DNA of 63,059 bases, filler included, from Hyphochytrium catenoides (Eukaryota > Protista > Hyphochytriomycota), in NCBI GenBank assembly GCA_900088475.1. It is 12 parts of 12 records of this genome, joined end to end, with 100 filler letters (N's around TTAATTAATTAA, not from the genome) between each part and the next. Parts side by side here need not be neighbours in the genome. Positions count along the whole stretch, not along the records: positions 34,487 to 53,229 come from FLMG01002641.1; positions 53,330 to 58,162 come from FLMG01000021.1; positions 58,263 to 60,860 come from FLMG01003227.1; positions 60,961 to 63,059 come from FLMG01002134.1; 8 more parts are not named here. One strand, 5' to 3'. Position 1 is the first letter of the stretch. Each line of letters opens with the position of its first letter. Below, in pieces: positions 47,187-61,074 of this stretch. Both the position numbers and the translations under genes were made by a program. The notes under the pieces are model-generated. The model saw nothing but the letters and a program-made list of their open reading frames with translations, was not told the origin of the DNA and did not search any database.

Positions 47187-50100
47187 CTATTCAGGCTTCA
47201 CCCAGCTGGACTCTCCCGTGCTGGGGTTATAATAGTACACCGTCCCATCAGCGTCCACAATCTCCTGCCAAGCGTTAGAGTCAGCGGAAGAGGAAGAGGG
47301 GCCATCAGCAGGAGAGAGAGCATTCTGTTCACTGAGTCCTCCAGTCACAGGCCTCTCCCATTGCGTTGCTCCGGAGGCGAGGTGGGCATAGTAGATGTTT
47401 CCCTGTCCATCATCCACTGCAGTCCAACCTTCTGGCAACGGCTCTTCCTCATCACTCGATACTCCGCCTGCAACATCTGGCCCTCCAGTCTGAGCCTCCG
47501 CTTCTTGAGATGCCGAGGGAGTGGACAATAGCGAAGACTCAGAAGAGACAGGGACCGTAGCAGGAATGGTAGCTTGCGCCGCAGGAGGTTGAAGCAGAAG
47601 AGAGGGAGACGGTGACTCCTCAGGGGCCTGAGGAGGAACGTCCAATCCCAGCTTCTCTTGAAGCTCCTCTTGGGCCTCTTCATTCCGTGCGTCCTTCGTG
47701 TTCTCTACCTTCTCACCGTCATTGTCCTCACCATTGTTACCTTGATCACCTTTCTTGGGTCCCAACTCTTCCTTCCAGGCTCTCTCTTCGTCTTCTCTGA
47801 TGGCCTTGAGCTCTCTCACCGCCGGATGGCTATCTGAGACGCCTACTAGGTGAGCAGGCCGATCTTCCGCTTCCCTCTGTCGTCGCAGAATCTCATCCAC
47901 AGCCGCCTGAGCTCTTGGCCAGTCTCCCTGATCCACTGCCTGTTCCAAGTACTTGACATGGCTCTCACGACCTTCAACGAAGCCAGAGTTGAGGAGGAGG
48001 GTAGATGGGTCAGAGAGAGGACAAGAGAGGAAAGAAACATCGAAGAGAATTAAACTTTAAGAGACGCGAGCTAAGGCTCAAGTGAGGGCCTGAGATGTCT
48101 CTCAGAGTAAACTCAGCACCGAGTGTTTAGATCAGAGTGGCAGATTTGGGGAGAAAAAGCACTGAAGGAGAGGAAGAAGTGACCAGCAGCAGTAACAGCC
48201 ACGCTCAGATCGAAGTAAACGAAGCCAGATTGGTAGCAAAGCGCAGAGAGAGAGAAACGGAGAAAGAAGACTGAGCCCTACCGACATATGGGACGTTCAG
48301 TCTCTCCATCAACTTCATCTTCTGCAAGACACTCTGCTGTATGCTTGGCACGGACGGCTTTCTTTCCTCTGTGGTGCCCTTTGAAGATGGAGCCTCAATA
48401 TCCGCTTTGTCCCCTTCTCCTCCAGGTCCTTCTTTTGAGGATGAAGAAGTTGAGGGAAGAGGTAGAGGATTTGCTGAGGATGTAGGGGAGATCTCTTGAG
48501 GCGGGAGAGACCAGCGTTGCTCCTGTGTTTGCTTGTTCACATAGTAAACATTACCGCTCTCGGCATCCTTATACTGTGCAGAAGGGGCGGGCAGAGGGAA
48601 GAATTTAAACGGCCGAACCAGTCTTTGGAATGGAATGGAAGAAAGAGAAATTGCGGAGATGAATGAGTGTCACACGATGGGAACGGTGAGAAGAACCACG
48701 CGACTCTTTCGAGTTGCTCGGAAGGGAGATGCCGTGCAGAGGAGGCTCAGCATTTGGGACATGCCGTGACGCCCATGCAGAACGAAGCGCGACAGGAGAA
48801 GCGTGTGTCACCGACGATGGTGTCGGACAACCAGCTTAGGGACAAGGCGCAGCCAGGTTTACCTCGATCCAATCTCCAATCTCCTTGGTAGGCTTCGACC
48901 TTGCTGAGAGCTCTGCAGAGTTCTGCTTGCTTAGCCATTGCTCGCCACGCTCACTCCGCGCAGTCCTACAGCCAAAGGGAGAGAGTGAGCCCAGGGTATG
49001 AGCGGAGTGAGCGAAGAATGGACAAACAGACAGTCCTCGTACCTGGCCGTGGAAGCGCCAATGGTGGGTACAAAGTCTGGTGGCTGTGTCCACGTGTACT
49101 CTCCCGTGGAGAAGTTAAAATAATAGACCAGCCCGGTGGCCGGATCTACGGCTGATGTCCAAGGGCTCGTCACGTCTGCCAACCGACACAATCCGAACGG
49201 TCGAAAGAAAGAATCAGGACGACGGGAAAGACGGTGTGACCGTGAAAATAAAGAGAGGAAGCCGTTAGTCAAGATGATAAGTGGCGTCGAGAGGCAAAGC
49301 AAACGGAGCTTGGCAAGCACGCAGCCACGACAAGGACGAGGCAAGAGAGAGGCAGCGAGCGAGAGATAAACAACGGACTGGGAAGTAAGATATGACCCGA
49401 GTCCCTTTGAGGTTGAGATTTCAGAGCTAAGGCCCGATGCAGAAAAGTTAAGCCCTTACCACTATGCTCTGCTGGGCTGTTGCTGCCATAAGTCTCGCGC
49501 CATTTAGCAGACCTTTGTGACCGATAAGATCGTGCGGTCTTCTGTTTCTCTTTCTCTCCTCTTCCCGAGAAGGCTTCGTCGGGGCTGAGGGACCACTTGG
49601 TCTCTCCTGTGGTGGGATTATAATAGAAAGTGTAGCCGCTGTCCGGATCTAAGTGTTCCTCCCAAACGCCTGGAAAGGAGAGAAGGTCCGAAGGATTCTT
49701 TAGATCGACGTTGTTAGTTCTATCGTAGAGACAAAGAAACAGAATGAGGGATAAGGTGGAGGAGATCAAAGCGCAGCAGAACGCCGTAAGGGAACTTGAG
49801 GGAACACTGTCAAACCTATGTCTCTCTTCTTGCTGGATCGGCTGGTAAGCTGGCTCTGGTCCTGGTCCTGCAGCCAACGGGCGGAACCTTGACGCACCGC
49901 CGCGCTGCCCTCCGGAGTGAGGGCGGGGGTCGCAGACTGGGCAGGACTGTGAGAAAGAGTCAGACTTCTTTCTCCGCATTTCCCTGACCTGTTTACCTAT
50001 CTTTATCAAACAGCCGTATTTCTTAGGGCCCAGACTGATCGTAGACTATTGGTTGTGAGATGCTACTAGCGCTAGGTAATCTTATCGCTCTATTTGGCCT

Positions 50101-51523
50101 AGAATCTCAATCTACTCTTCTCCTTCTTCTGCATCTTTTCTTTCTGTGCCGCCGTCCACCCTTCCTCTTACCTTTCAAAGTCAGCCGGCTTCTCCCATCT
50201 GTACTCCTTAGTACTATGATTATAGTAGTAGTAGAGACCTGAAGATTCGTCAAAGGCCTCCACCCAGGAAGAGGTGGAGACGGGAGATGGAGAGAGAGAG
50301 GCGGAGGTTGGCGAAGAAGAGGAGAGGGAAGATGACGGTTGGGGCGCTTCCTCTGCAAACAGAGTGTATTCCAAAGGCTTGATCCATCGTGACTCTTGGG
50401 TCCATGTATTGAAATAATAGGGCTGAAGACACGGAGGGCGCGGGATCATAGCGGAAAGTCAGTGAACAGCAAGGGTCAAAAGGGCAAGGCCTGGGGAAAC
50501 GTTCGAGAGAGAGTAGAAGCCAACAAGAGCCGCAGCGGAGACCCGCTAGAAAGATCTTGATAGAGACCAAGAAGAGAGAGAACAGAGACGAACGGGACAG
50601 AGAGATAGAGACGGTAAGGCAGGATAGAGATGGCAAAGTACGGCACGATCTAAAGTCATTGGAGACAGTGCCAGAGGTCAGGAGTTCCACCTTTATACTA
50701 TTTAAGGGAGGGAACGCGACACACAGAAAAACGAGGGAAAAAAGAGAGAGAATCACGTGCACACCTTGCCGCTCTCTTGGTCCACGTACTCCACCCAGTA
50801 GTTCCCTCCCCATCGCACGGCCTGGCGCACTCTGAAAGCACGGAAGATGGCTTGGATACGAGTGGCTGCCTGGATACGGCGCCGACGCTGAACGAAGTGC
50901 AGATAGAGAACAGGATGAGGATGAGGTTCAATCCACATGCCATGCCATAGCTTATGATCAGGGAAGTAGATAGTGAAAAGAAGAGAGACAAGCAAGCGAA
51001 AGAGATGCAGCCAACATTTGAGGCGACGCTTTGTTGATAGAGAAGAGAGCAAAGAGAGTAGCGCGTACCACCAGGATGATCCCATGCAGTCGTTCTCTTC
51101 TCTTTTCGAGTGCCCTCTTCTCTACACCTATCAGATTGTGGAAACGTCAGATGACCAAGGGCACACGTACCAGACCACTAAGACAAAAGAGAGAAAGATA
51201 CCGGCAGCGAAGCAAGAGAGGAGAGAGAATGGAGAAAAGAGAGACAGAGAGACAGCAGCAAAAAGGAAGGGCTATTTGCTGGAAGACAAGGTGCGAGTAA
51301 AGTTGAGACCAGTCCAAGTGCTCTCTTTTTGTCGGCGGGGCTCCGCGTAACGCCACGACGGATAAGCGGAAAACCAATACGTTCATGACAGAGAGAAGAG
51401 GAAAAAGAAGCAAAGTAGCAAGTATGATAGCTTGGAAAATAGCAGCACCTTACGATGTGTGTGTGTGAGAGTGAGAGAGAGAAAGAGAGAGAGAGAGAGN
51501 NNNNNNNNNNNNNNNNNNNNNNN

Positions 51524-51554
<31 letters not shown>

Positions 51555-53085
51555 AAAGCAAAGAAGTTTGGAGAGTTCTGAGGAAGGAAAGCAATTGGCA
51601 CGAGGTAAGACCACTCTTCAAACCTTGTGTGAGAGGCTCGATTTCTCTCTGCAGTCTCCTCAATTCCTTCTCTATCTCACGGAGCTCCACTGCAAGTAGT
51701 TCGTTGGACTTCTTCTCCACAGCCAATAAAGCACGCTTGTCCCGCAGCTGACCCGCCAGCTGCACCTGCAGGAATCTAAGGCGATGAAAAGGAGAAAGAG
51801 AGAGAATGTGCGTGTGATTCGGACAATCGGAGCAGGAAGATGGCAGGAGACGGAAGCAGGGAAGAGGAGAGATGATAAATGACCCATACGTATTCCCTAA
51901 GAAACATGGCGCCTTGCTCTATATATGGTTCGTCCTGCTCTACCCATTGACGCTATCATCATCTTTTCTGGTCCTCTCTCTCTGTCCGTCTGTCTCTCTT
52001 TCTCTGTCTGTCTCTGTCTCTCTGTCTCTCTGTCTCTCTGTCTCTCTCTTTCCCGAACACTGTCTATTCTTTCTTTCTTTTTTACCTGGTAAGGTAGCGT
52101 TGTGGAGCTCCGCTTATTCTTGCGCTATCGTAGTACTTGGTCTTCACTTGCATCACCTTCTCCAACTCTTGAGAGAGGTCCGCCTGGAGCGACAAAGGGA
52201 TCCCATTCGGTAGGAGCAGCAAGAGAGAGAAGAGAGAAAGTATTGAATGGTTTTCATTAGCAGAAGGGGCTCCCGTTCCTTTCCATCTCTATCTCTTTTA
52301 AGTCCTACCTCATCTTTGCTTTCTTCCTCAAGGATTTGATTGCTTTCCATCATCGCCAGCTTCTTCATCTCCAGCTTTGCCTACGAAGAGACAGAAACAC
52401 GTTTTAGGACGAAGAGACATGGGGCATTAAGAAGAAGACAGAGTCCATACAAAGGCGGAAGGAGAGAGAGAATGAGGAGAAGAGAAAGAGAACCTTACCT
52501 GCAGTTCCTTTTGTTGCTTGAAGAGAGGGCCAACCTGTAGATGGACCTCATGCAGAGCGCTCTCCACCTCGAACTTCTCTCGACCCCTGTAGGGAAGCAC
52601 CATAAGGCCAATAGTGACGGATGAGGGGCTTGTACAGGCCAGGTTCAAGACAACCGAGAGACCATCCACAGTGAAGAGAAAGAGTGAGAGGCAGCAAAGA
52701 GGGAAAGCGAGCGGGAGAGATACTAGGAGCGTTCAGGTACTTACAAGGAGGAAGTGTAGAGAAGAAGAAAAGAAGAAAGAAAGAAACAGAAAGAAGAGAT
52801 TCAAAGCGCTGAGCCAAGGTGTGACCTACTTGTGGCCCCTGTACACTCTCTGAATGATGAGAGCAGCTCTCTGTTCCAGCTGATTCTTTTTCATGGCCGC
52901 CTGGCACAAGGACAACCGTCTAGCTGAGTGGCCAGCTGTTCACAATCTCTTCTTTACCATCTGGGTTGCTTACTCTCAATGCCTTGACCGCAGACCTACT
53001 ACTGAATCCTCTGTACATTCTCTGGATCTTTATCACCGCTTGAACCTCACGGGTGCGGAGAATATTAAAGGTTCGCATCATGGCA
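47187..53085 (-). CDS. IQ-motif + coiled-coil + 7 WW-domain protein, 5' partial
   Basis: IQ motifs: IQRMYRGF, IQRVYRGH, IQAIFRAF. WW domains: WVEYVDQESGK-PYYFN..RW.KP; WVEAFD..YYYYN..RWEKP; WEEHLD..FYYN..KW; WTSAVD..YYFN..TW.QP; WIE-YKD..YYVN..RW.LP; WTAVDD..YYAH..QWERP; WQEIVD..YYYN..SW.KP. Confidence 0.9.
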
Positions 53086-55884
53086 CTAAGAGTCACAGAG
53101 AACAGAGAGTCAGACAGAGAGAGAGAGTGAGAGAGAGAGACAGAAAGCGAGAAAGCAAGGGAGCGAGAAAGAGAGAGAGGGGGAGAGCGGGAAAGAGAGA
53201 GAGAGGGAGGGCGGGAAAGAGAGAGAGAGNNNNNNNNNNNNNNNNNNNNNNNNNNNNNNNNNNNNNNNNNNNNTTAATTAATTAANNNNNNNNNNNNNNN
53301 NNNNNNNNNNNNNNNNNNNNNNNNNNNNNGAGAGAGAGAGAGAGAGAGAAGCGAGAAGAGAGAGAACCGTCACAAGGAGCGTGGTCATCACTTACATCAG
53401 TATTATGTGTTCATGGCTGTTCCTCATGTTCGCATCACCCATAAATATTCCGTATCATCTCCCTTCGCTAGTTTTTGACCTCAGAATGGTCTAATCCTGT
53501 TCCCGCCGGAGAGGAGCTGCTTGCACCGCTCCTGTCCCAAGAAGGCGCGCACAGACATACGTTACTACGACGACGCACTACGGGGCTATCAGATGATCAG
53601 ATGATCATGATGATGAGAAAAGCCTTTACTTTATTGTTAGAGGACTATTTGGTCACGATACCGGAAAAACGACGTGCTTATCCGACATGATGTAGGACGA
53701 GAGGACGAGGGATCGTTTCCTTTATTAAGGACGGAGGGGCTTAAGCTTCTCGTCTTCTTCTGAATCGTCATCACTTAAAGCTCATGAATGATGCGATGCT
53801 GCTGCTGAAGGAGTGCTGCTTCCCAACAAGGAGGCCAGATATTGATTCAGCTGCTGCTGCTGTCAGCCTAAGTTCGTTCGTCGTGTGGTGGGAAGATTGC
53901 TTGCTCGCTGCTGCGTCGTACTACTTCGTAGTATAGCCGATAGTAGGCCGGCGGAGAAGAAGAAGAAGGAGGAGAAGGAGATGAAAAGGAAAAGGAAGAA
54001 GAACAGACAAGAAGAAAAGCTATTATAGAGCTGGTCTTGTCTCTTCCCTCATCTCGATCGATCTGCTCCACGCTATTAGAATCATAGTCGAGCTCCTCAG
54101 TAATAATAAGGGGACAAGGGGGAGGAGGAGGTGGATTCTCTACTACAATGTCATCACAATCAAGCCCGACGACCGCCGAGGCAAGCAAGATAGAGAAGAA
54201 GGAGGGTCCAGCTGCTCAACAAGAGCAACAATACTACGCTTCAGAATAATCTGAAGCTCATCTTCTAAATGATGAGGAGTCGCCCTCATCATCATATTAT
54301 AATACAGATTCTCCTGTTGTTGTGAAGGCGTACCAAAGCCATGGCCAAGCGAGAGGACGATTGACCAAGATAATGATGGCGAGAAGCATCAAGAGCAGAG
54401 CGGTCACACTGAAGCTTCTTCTTCACCAGCAGATGTCCTACATTGCAAGCTCCCCAAAAAACGACTCATCACCAAAAAAACTAGCGAGACAAACTGCAGC
54501 AGCCCTTCCGCCTACCCGCCTACGAGCAAGAAGCTGCACCAGAAAGTAGTATCATTGCCTGATAATCAATCTTGTAGTTATCTTGCTAGGCACCTCCCCT
54601 CTTCTTCACTCTGTCTCTTCGTATGACTCTCTCTCTCTCATCTCTCCCTTCTCCATGAAAGTTCCTCCTTTCCCGACAGCGCTGTCCCTCTGTCTCTTTC
54701 TTTGGCCTTCTCGCTCTTAGTCCACTGTTTGACCAATCTGTGTTNNNNNNNNNNNNNNNNNNNNNNNNNNNNNNNNNNNNNNNNNNNNNNNNNNNNNNNN
54801 NNNNNNNNNNNNNNNNNNNNNNNNNNNNNNNNNNNNNNNNNNNNNNNNNNNNNNGAGAGAGAAGGGAGGGAGGCATAGGAGAGAGTGATAGAAAAGAACT
54901 ATGACAGAGAGGGAGACTAGACCAACAATCACATCATCCTGTCCTGTTTCTCTCTCACTCACTCTCTCTCTCTCTCTCTTCTGGACTTCAATCTCTCTCT
55001 CTCTCTCTCTCTCTCTTGGGCTTCAATCTCTCTCTCTCGCTCTCTTTCTCTTCTCACATACACCTGTCATAGCGTGTCTTGTCATCTAACCTACTGCCAA
55101 AACAGCCGTCGACGATCATTTTCCAGTCAAAGCTGTTCACCGTCAAGAAGCTCAGTTCTTATCGTCCATCCCCAGCATCCACAAATCCTGAGAGCACGAG
55201 GCTGACGAAGTTAGGATTAAGGGGACGGAGGAGAACAGAAGGCTCCCGATAGAGGAAGATCATTGAGGAGGAAAGAGAGAGAAAGGAGAAAGAATCTTCG
55301 GCTCAGAAGAAAGAAAGCAACCCGATTTCAACGGGAAGGGCAGAGTAGGAGAAAGGCATCACATGAGTTCTCCTCTCTCTCCCTCCAGTGCCTTCGAGGG
55401 AGGAGGGTAGAGGAGGGCTACCGTGCCGCGTTGGAAGGAAGCAGAAGGAAGACAGCCGGGCGTACATAGTGAGAGGTCGTTGAAGAGAGAGAAGAATTGA
55501 GAAGTAAGAGAGAGAACCAGGCGCAGAGAGCGGCTGCAGGAGGGTGGGCGAAAGAACTATCATGGACAAGATTCAGAATGTAGGGGGGAAGGCTCCTCTT
55601 CTCTCAGTCTGCGTCACGATTTCAACTACTCAGTCAATATCCCTGGCAGCTTTTTCTGTCTCTTCTCGCCTTGGAGCTCTCTCTCTCTCTCTCCTACATC
55701 GCCCGATGATCCACGGCGCTCTCTTCATACTCGTTTCTAAGCTGGTTTCTGCACCTCTCTCTCAGTTTCTTTCTGGAAGTTGGTGGTGCTATTATTTATG
55801 GCTTGCGTTCCAACTCCTATCACTATCCCTTTAGTCCTTCTCTCTCTCTCTCATTTTTCTCTTGCATAGTTTCCTCCTTCCCTA

Positions 55885-58162
55885 ATGCTTGCTCTCCAGA
55901 AACTGCGCAGCTTTTCGGAAAGACTGTCCTTTGCCAGGGGACAGTCTAGGGAGAAGAAAGTGCTCAAGCATGGCAATCTTATGAAGATAAATTCTAGGTT
56001 AGGAGACGGGTCCAACGCGATGCTGCTAACTTTATCCTTCTTCTGGCTCTCCTTTCTCTCTCCCTCGTCTTGCTGTCTCTCTCCCTCTCTTCTTTATAGA
56101 CTCTGTGTCTCTGTGGCGTCCTCTAGCGCCTGCCTTACCCTGCAACTTTGTACGCCTGATCTAAGGCTTTTCAAATGCAGGGTCCTCTCAGTCAAGCCAA
56201 AATGCTTGGATGTCCTCCTCGCAGCTCTCTCTTCATCTGCGACAGAGGAGGCCAAGAAGGCAGCAGAGAAACTACTCAGCAGCACGAAGGCACAAACAGA
56301 ACAGTGGTGAGAGAGAGGAGACAGACAGCATGTTATCATAAGGACGAGAGAGGAGAGAGGGAGAGAGAAGGGGGTAGAGAGAAAGGTAAATAAGGCATAA
56401 AATAGACCCTAACGATGCTGTTGGGTCTAAGGTATGGGAAGAATCTTCTCCTCGTGGACTGCGGCTTCGGCTCTACCGCACGGATGGACAAGTGGCCGGG
56501 CTTTGACCTCAAGACTTACTTTGGTGAGCTTCTCTCTCTTCGTCTCGGTTCTATCCTGGTTGCCTATCCAGAGCCCGCCTGTGTAGTCTGTCATTCCTGA
56601 TGGTGTCTCCTACGTCACCTGCGTCTTCCTCTGTTTGCCTCATGGACTTCTTCCGTCTTTTAATAGCCTCATCCTCTTCTCCTACTGACCTTCAAAACAA
56701 ATCTCTCAGGCCGTCAAGTGCTAGAGTTCACCCATCAGTCGCAAGCACTTCCGTCTCTTTCCACTCTTTCTCGCGTTTGCGATGAAGTTTATAGGTAAGA
56801 AGAGGAAGAGAAAGACAATCTTTTAGCTTCTTTATGGGCTTCTACTTCACTATCCGTACTTCCATTTCCCCTCATGATTTATTCTGGTTCCTCGTACAGT
56901 AAATAAAAGGAAGGCAGTATCTCACAACCGCTTGGTATGTTTGCAGCCGGTTGCAGAGAGATGACGATTCGGTGGCTCTCCTCATCGCTTCCAATCATGA
57001 GCATCTTGCACTCTTCGCTGCTTGTCTTTCTTTATATCCGATCCCCCCAAGACCTGGCAGTGGGGAAGGTGGAGGAGGACAGCGATCCTCTAGGCCGTTT
57101 GACTTTATTGAAAGGTAGAGAACCATTAAAGGCTTTGCTCTGTTCTTCTGACGGAGGCCGGCGTAGGCAACCCGACCGGGCTCGTAGAAAGTCTCGGTTT
57201 ACTTGTTGGACTCGTGGACGCTACCCTTCTGATCTCTACCTCTTTTTTGCCGCGCTATCTGGTCTTCCTTTCTGCGATTCTCGTCAAGTCTAGCATGTCA
57301 TAGTGCTCTCACTTATTACTAATCTCTCTCTCTCTCTGCGCCTTTCTTTGCGCCTCTCTTGCCATCCATGCTCTGGGCTTTCCAATGGTTCCTCCGCGTC
57401 AGCTATCGCAAGGAGCTGTTTGAGAACAGACCAAAGGCGACTTTTCTCTTCATCCCATTACCTGCGGTCGAGGGAACCCGCAGCTTGCAAGCCAGCCGAC
57501 ACCTACTCAAAATGTTTCAACAGCTTTTGGCTAAGAGACAAGAAGGACAAGGAAAAGAGATCCTGGCCCGACAGGTGATCCGATCAACTAACCCACGCGC
57601 TCACTTATCACCCTATCTCCCTCGTGATGTCACTGGGTGTTCTCATCAGTTTCCATCTTACCGTCGCGCAATCTTCTTAACACAGGAATTGCCTCCTCCG
57701 CCAGTCTACCCTGAGCTAGTCTTTGATTCTGTGAAGTTCCTGTCGGTTCCAATCTTCAATGTAAGGATTCCTTTCTCAGTGTGTTGGTCAGCCAAAGGTT
57801 TGGCTTTTTCTTCGACATGGCTGCTTCCTTGACATCCCCAGGTTTATAGAGCTTTCAGTCGTCCAACCTTGTTGCTACCCCAGAAGAGCCATCTAACGCT
57901 TATCTGAATTTGTTGCTGGTGGTCACTGATATACCATTTTTTCTTCCCACCTTCAAGGTCTAACCTTCCACGCTGTCCTAACCTGACCTGTGCCTCTCAA
58001 TTTAATGCATGTTCTGGCCCTGGTCTGCCACTCTCTTTTCTGTTCCATCCATCTCCGGATTCCATGGCCTTCTAGGAGGGTCAAGCACCCAGCGCTATCT
58101 CTCTTGCGTGCCGGCCGTATCTGGCGGTAATGGACGGTGTGGGTCATGTCCAGTACTCCAGC
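55885..58162 (+). CDS. PTEN/tensin-type phosphatase-like + C2 domain protein, 3' truncated
   Basis: YGKNLLLVD..FGRQVLEF..LPSLSTLSRVCDEVY; SRHLLKMFQQLL; LVFDSVKFLSVPIFN; CRPYLAV..YSS (PTEN-C2 hallmarks). Confidence 0.65.
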
Positions 58163-58364
58163 NNNNNNNNNNNNNNNNNNNNNNNNNNNNNNNNNNNNNN
58201 NNNNNNTTAATTAATTAANNNNNNNNNNNNNNNNNNNNNNNNNNNNNNNNNNNNNNNNNNNNTGGCAGCTTCAATAATGCCGGTGTAGCTCTTCGAGCCC
58301 TCAGCTATTTGAGGTATAGACTGCGAGAAGAAGCAGAGATTTCCCACCATTGCCCGCGAAGGTC

Positions 58365-59292
58365 ATCAGCCAATGAGGCCGCGTAGTAAGGGATTTGACA
58401 CGACTAGCGGTGTTTAATAGGCAGGTCTCTACGCCTACGTAGTACATGGACGCATCGATGGAGGTCCTGTGCTATAGATACGCGGACGTACACCAACTGC
58501 AGGGGCCACAGGCGCCTTAGAAAAGGTGAAGACAAGGAAGTCCAACTCCGCGATACTTTAGGCTAGTCCTTCCCACCTCCTCAATATTGTCGAAGACATC
58601 TGCCCTTTTGTCCTGGTCCTCGGACCGATTGGCGACCGAAAGAGGACGCCCGCCCGTTGAATGTCCTCTGAAGATAACTGTGATCCAGATCCACGACATC
58701 CCGGTCATATACCAGCCAAGCTGTGATACAGTCGTCAGCGTTGGAACCCTACGCAGGAAATCATACACAACTGATAAGAGGTTACCAGTTATTGACACGA
58801 TCGAACCACCAACGCCATTTTGTCAATACAACGGCGGCGTGGACCCACACAGAAACCGTGCTAACTATGTCGTTCCTCCTGCACGGATCACCGACTGCCC
58901 TCTCATAGAACGGTACATATAGCTATGACACATAGGCCATCACTGTCCTGTGAGGGCACTGTGCGCTTGTAGTCCTCCAGACTCATTCAATGGTCAAGAG
59001 CCATAGTGGCGTCGGTTGCTATCACGGTCCGAAGACCAAGACAGGAGGGCACATGTCTTTAACAGTGTAGAGGAGGTGGGCCAGCCTAGCCACTCGCGGA
59101 GTTGACGTCCTTGTCGTTACCTTTCTTAAAGCCCCTGTGACCCCTGCAGTTGGTGTAAATCCGCGTATCTATAGCACAGTTATACCTCCATCGATGGGCT
59201 CCACGTCCTGGGTAGGCCCAAAAAGAGGGCTGCCAATTGAACATCACCTACTGATGCCTAACCCCTTCTCCGCGGCCTCATTGTTGGCTGAT
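58365..59292. repeat. Long imperfect inverted repeat; arms 58365-58639 and 59012-59292
   Basis: The arms align along their length in reverse complement. Perfect blocks: 58467-58486 with 59160-59179 (20 bp) and 58489-58505 with 59141-59157 (17 bp). Confidence 0.92.
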
Positions 59293-61074
59293 ATGGATAC
59301 ATTAGTAGAAAGACCATCAGCGTAGAGGAAACAACATCTCGCGAGTTGAGATGTTTGTCATGTCTCCCAAGGATCTCCATGATTTGTATCCTCTGCGGTG
59401 AAGGTAGATTCTACTTCTTCTTGCGCTGCGGACAGATCCCAAAGGCCAAATACTTCATATTCCTTAGCTTTTTCTTTGTTATACTGATAGAACCCGTATC
59501 AGTTGTGGCTCCTGCTCGAAGGCGGCAGGATTAGACCGCCGTCGACCCGTATCAAGGCAGAACCCAGATGCTATAGCTGGCCCATCATGAGAAGGAGAGG
59601 GAGCTCACACGTAAGATGGACGCGAGGCGTATCAAGGTATTGTCACAGTTTTTTGAGGGGCGACATCAAGTGTCGCACGCGATAATGCCACACGCTTCTA
59701 ACAGTTCCGTTGGCGCTGCTCCTTTTCAACGATCTGGAGTTAGGGCAGGGTTAGATGCACTACTTATAATGCGGCTTCTAGTCGGATATGGGTTCGTTGC
59801 ACGAGGCCATGAATGGGAAGCTTGGCGTGCTTGAGTTTCTTGGACTCAGGACAGATGTTGGAAGCCAGATAGTACTGCGGCATGTAAAGTCAGGCAACAA
59901 GGCCTACTAGGTAGCAGTTGTTCCGCCGCTTTGCTCTCTGTCGTTCTCTTCTTCTTGCCTCTACAATCCATGATTGCTTCGTAATAAGAACTGAGCTTCT
60001 CGTCACAACTAGCTTGTGGGCTTAGTAGTCGTGAACAAGGAAAAGTCTGTCCCCATCATTTTCTATGACCCTCTCCCGGAAGAAGTCCTTCACCCTGTGC
60101 GAGGATCTGTGGTGCATCAATGGAAGAACAACAATGTTGAATGTCGAGAAGCAATGTCGAGAAGGGCGGAAGGTCGTGAAAATGGAGAAAGTTGGCGCTT
60201 TTGCATCTAGTTGACCCGTTCAAAAGGTACTGTCACTGGCACTACGGTATATGTCTGGCAGCCTCTTGCAATGCAATGGGAGATGCAGCTGCTAGCTTGC
60301 AGCTGAAGCATCTGGCACCGGTTAGGCGCACCTACTACCGAAGGTTGCCTGCTTTTGCCAGTAACAACGATTCCCTTAGGTGAGCCTCTCTAGCCGTACT
60401 AACGCACAAGGTGATTCAAACGCAGAGTCCTATTGATCGCCCAGATACGCTCTACTAAGCGGAGAGAGATACGTGGCCCAAAGATTTCGTTGCTCAGAGT
60501 CACGAGGTATTGCTTGGTCTAACCCTGTATCTTTCCCTCCTGCTATTCTTTACACTCATGGCGTTCCTCAGATGAACGTACTCTGACTTGTCCCTTAACG
60601 TGCGAAGGTATCTTCTTCGATAGCCTCAGCGACAAGGAGCAGAGGAATTTAACGATATATCATCAGAGCGAACAGAACCCTGAGAGGAAGATTAGCGCTG
60701 TAAGATGAGCTACCAGATCTTTTAGACTTAGATGCTCTTGTTCCGCCCTCGCCCCGGTGCTCTCCTTGAAGGAACATTGCCCGCTTGACTACCGTCCCTC
60801 CCTCTTCATCGCTCCATGCAACGGTAGTATCTTTCAGTTCCCCCTTCCCAACGGGATTTCNNNNNNNNNNNNNNNNNNNNNNNNNNNNNNNNNNNNNNNN
60901 NNNNTTAATTAATTAANNNNNNNNNNNNNNNNNNNNNNNNNNNNNNNNNNNNNNNNNNNNTCCTGCTTTCCCACGACGGAACGTCTGGTGGTCAGGGTAG
61001 ATCGTGAGCGGAGGTGACGGGGCCAGCTTTATATCAACTGCTCTTTGCTTGCCACGGTCCCTATCCTCAGATCA

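Noticed and set aside
59300-60860. Retroelement ORF (WHYRVRHL on the minus strand resembles gag-pre-integrase)
   Set aside because: It is a single weak motif with stops in all frames and no supporting domain.
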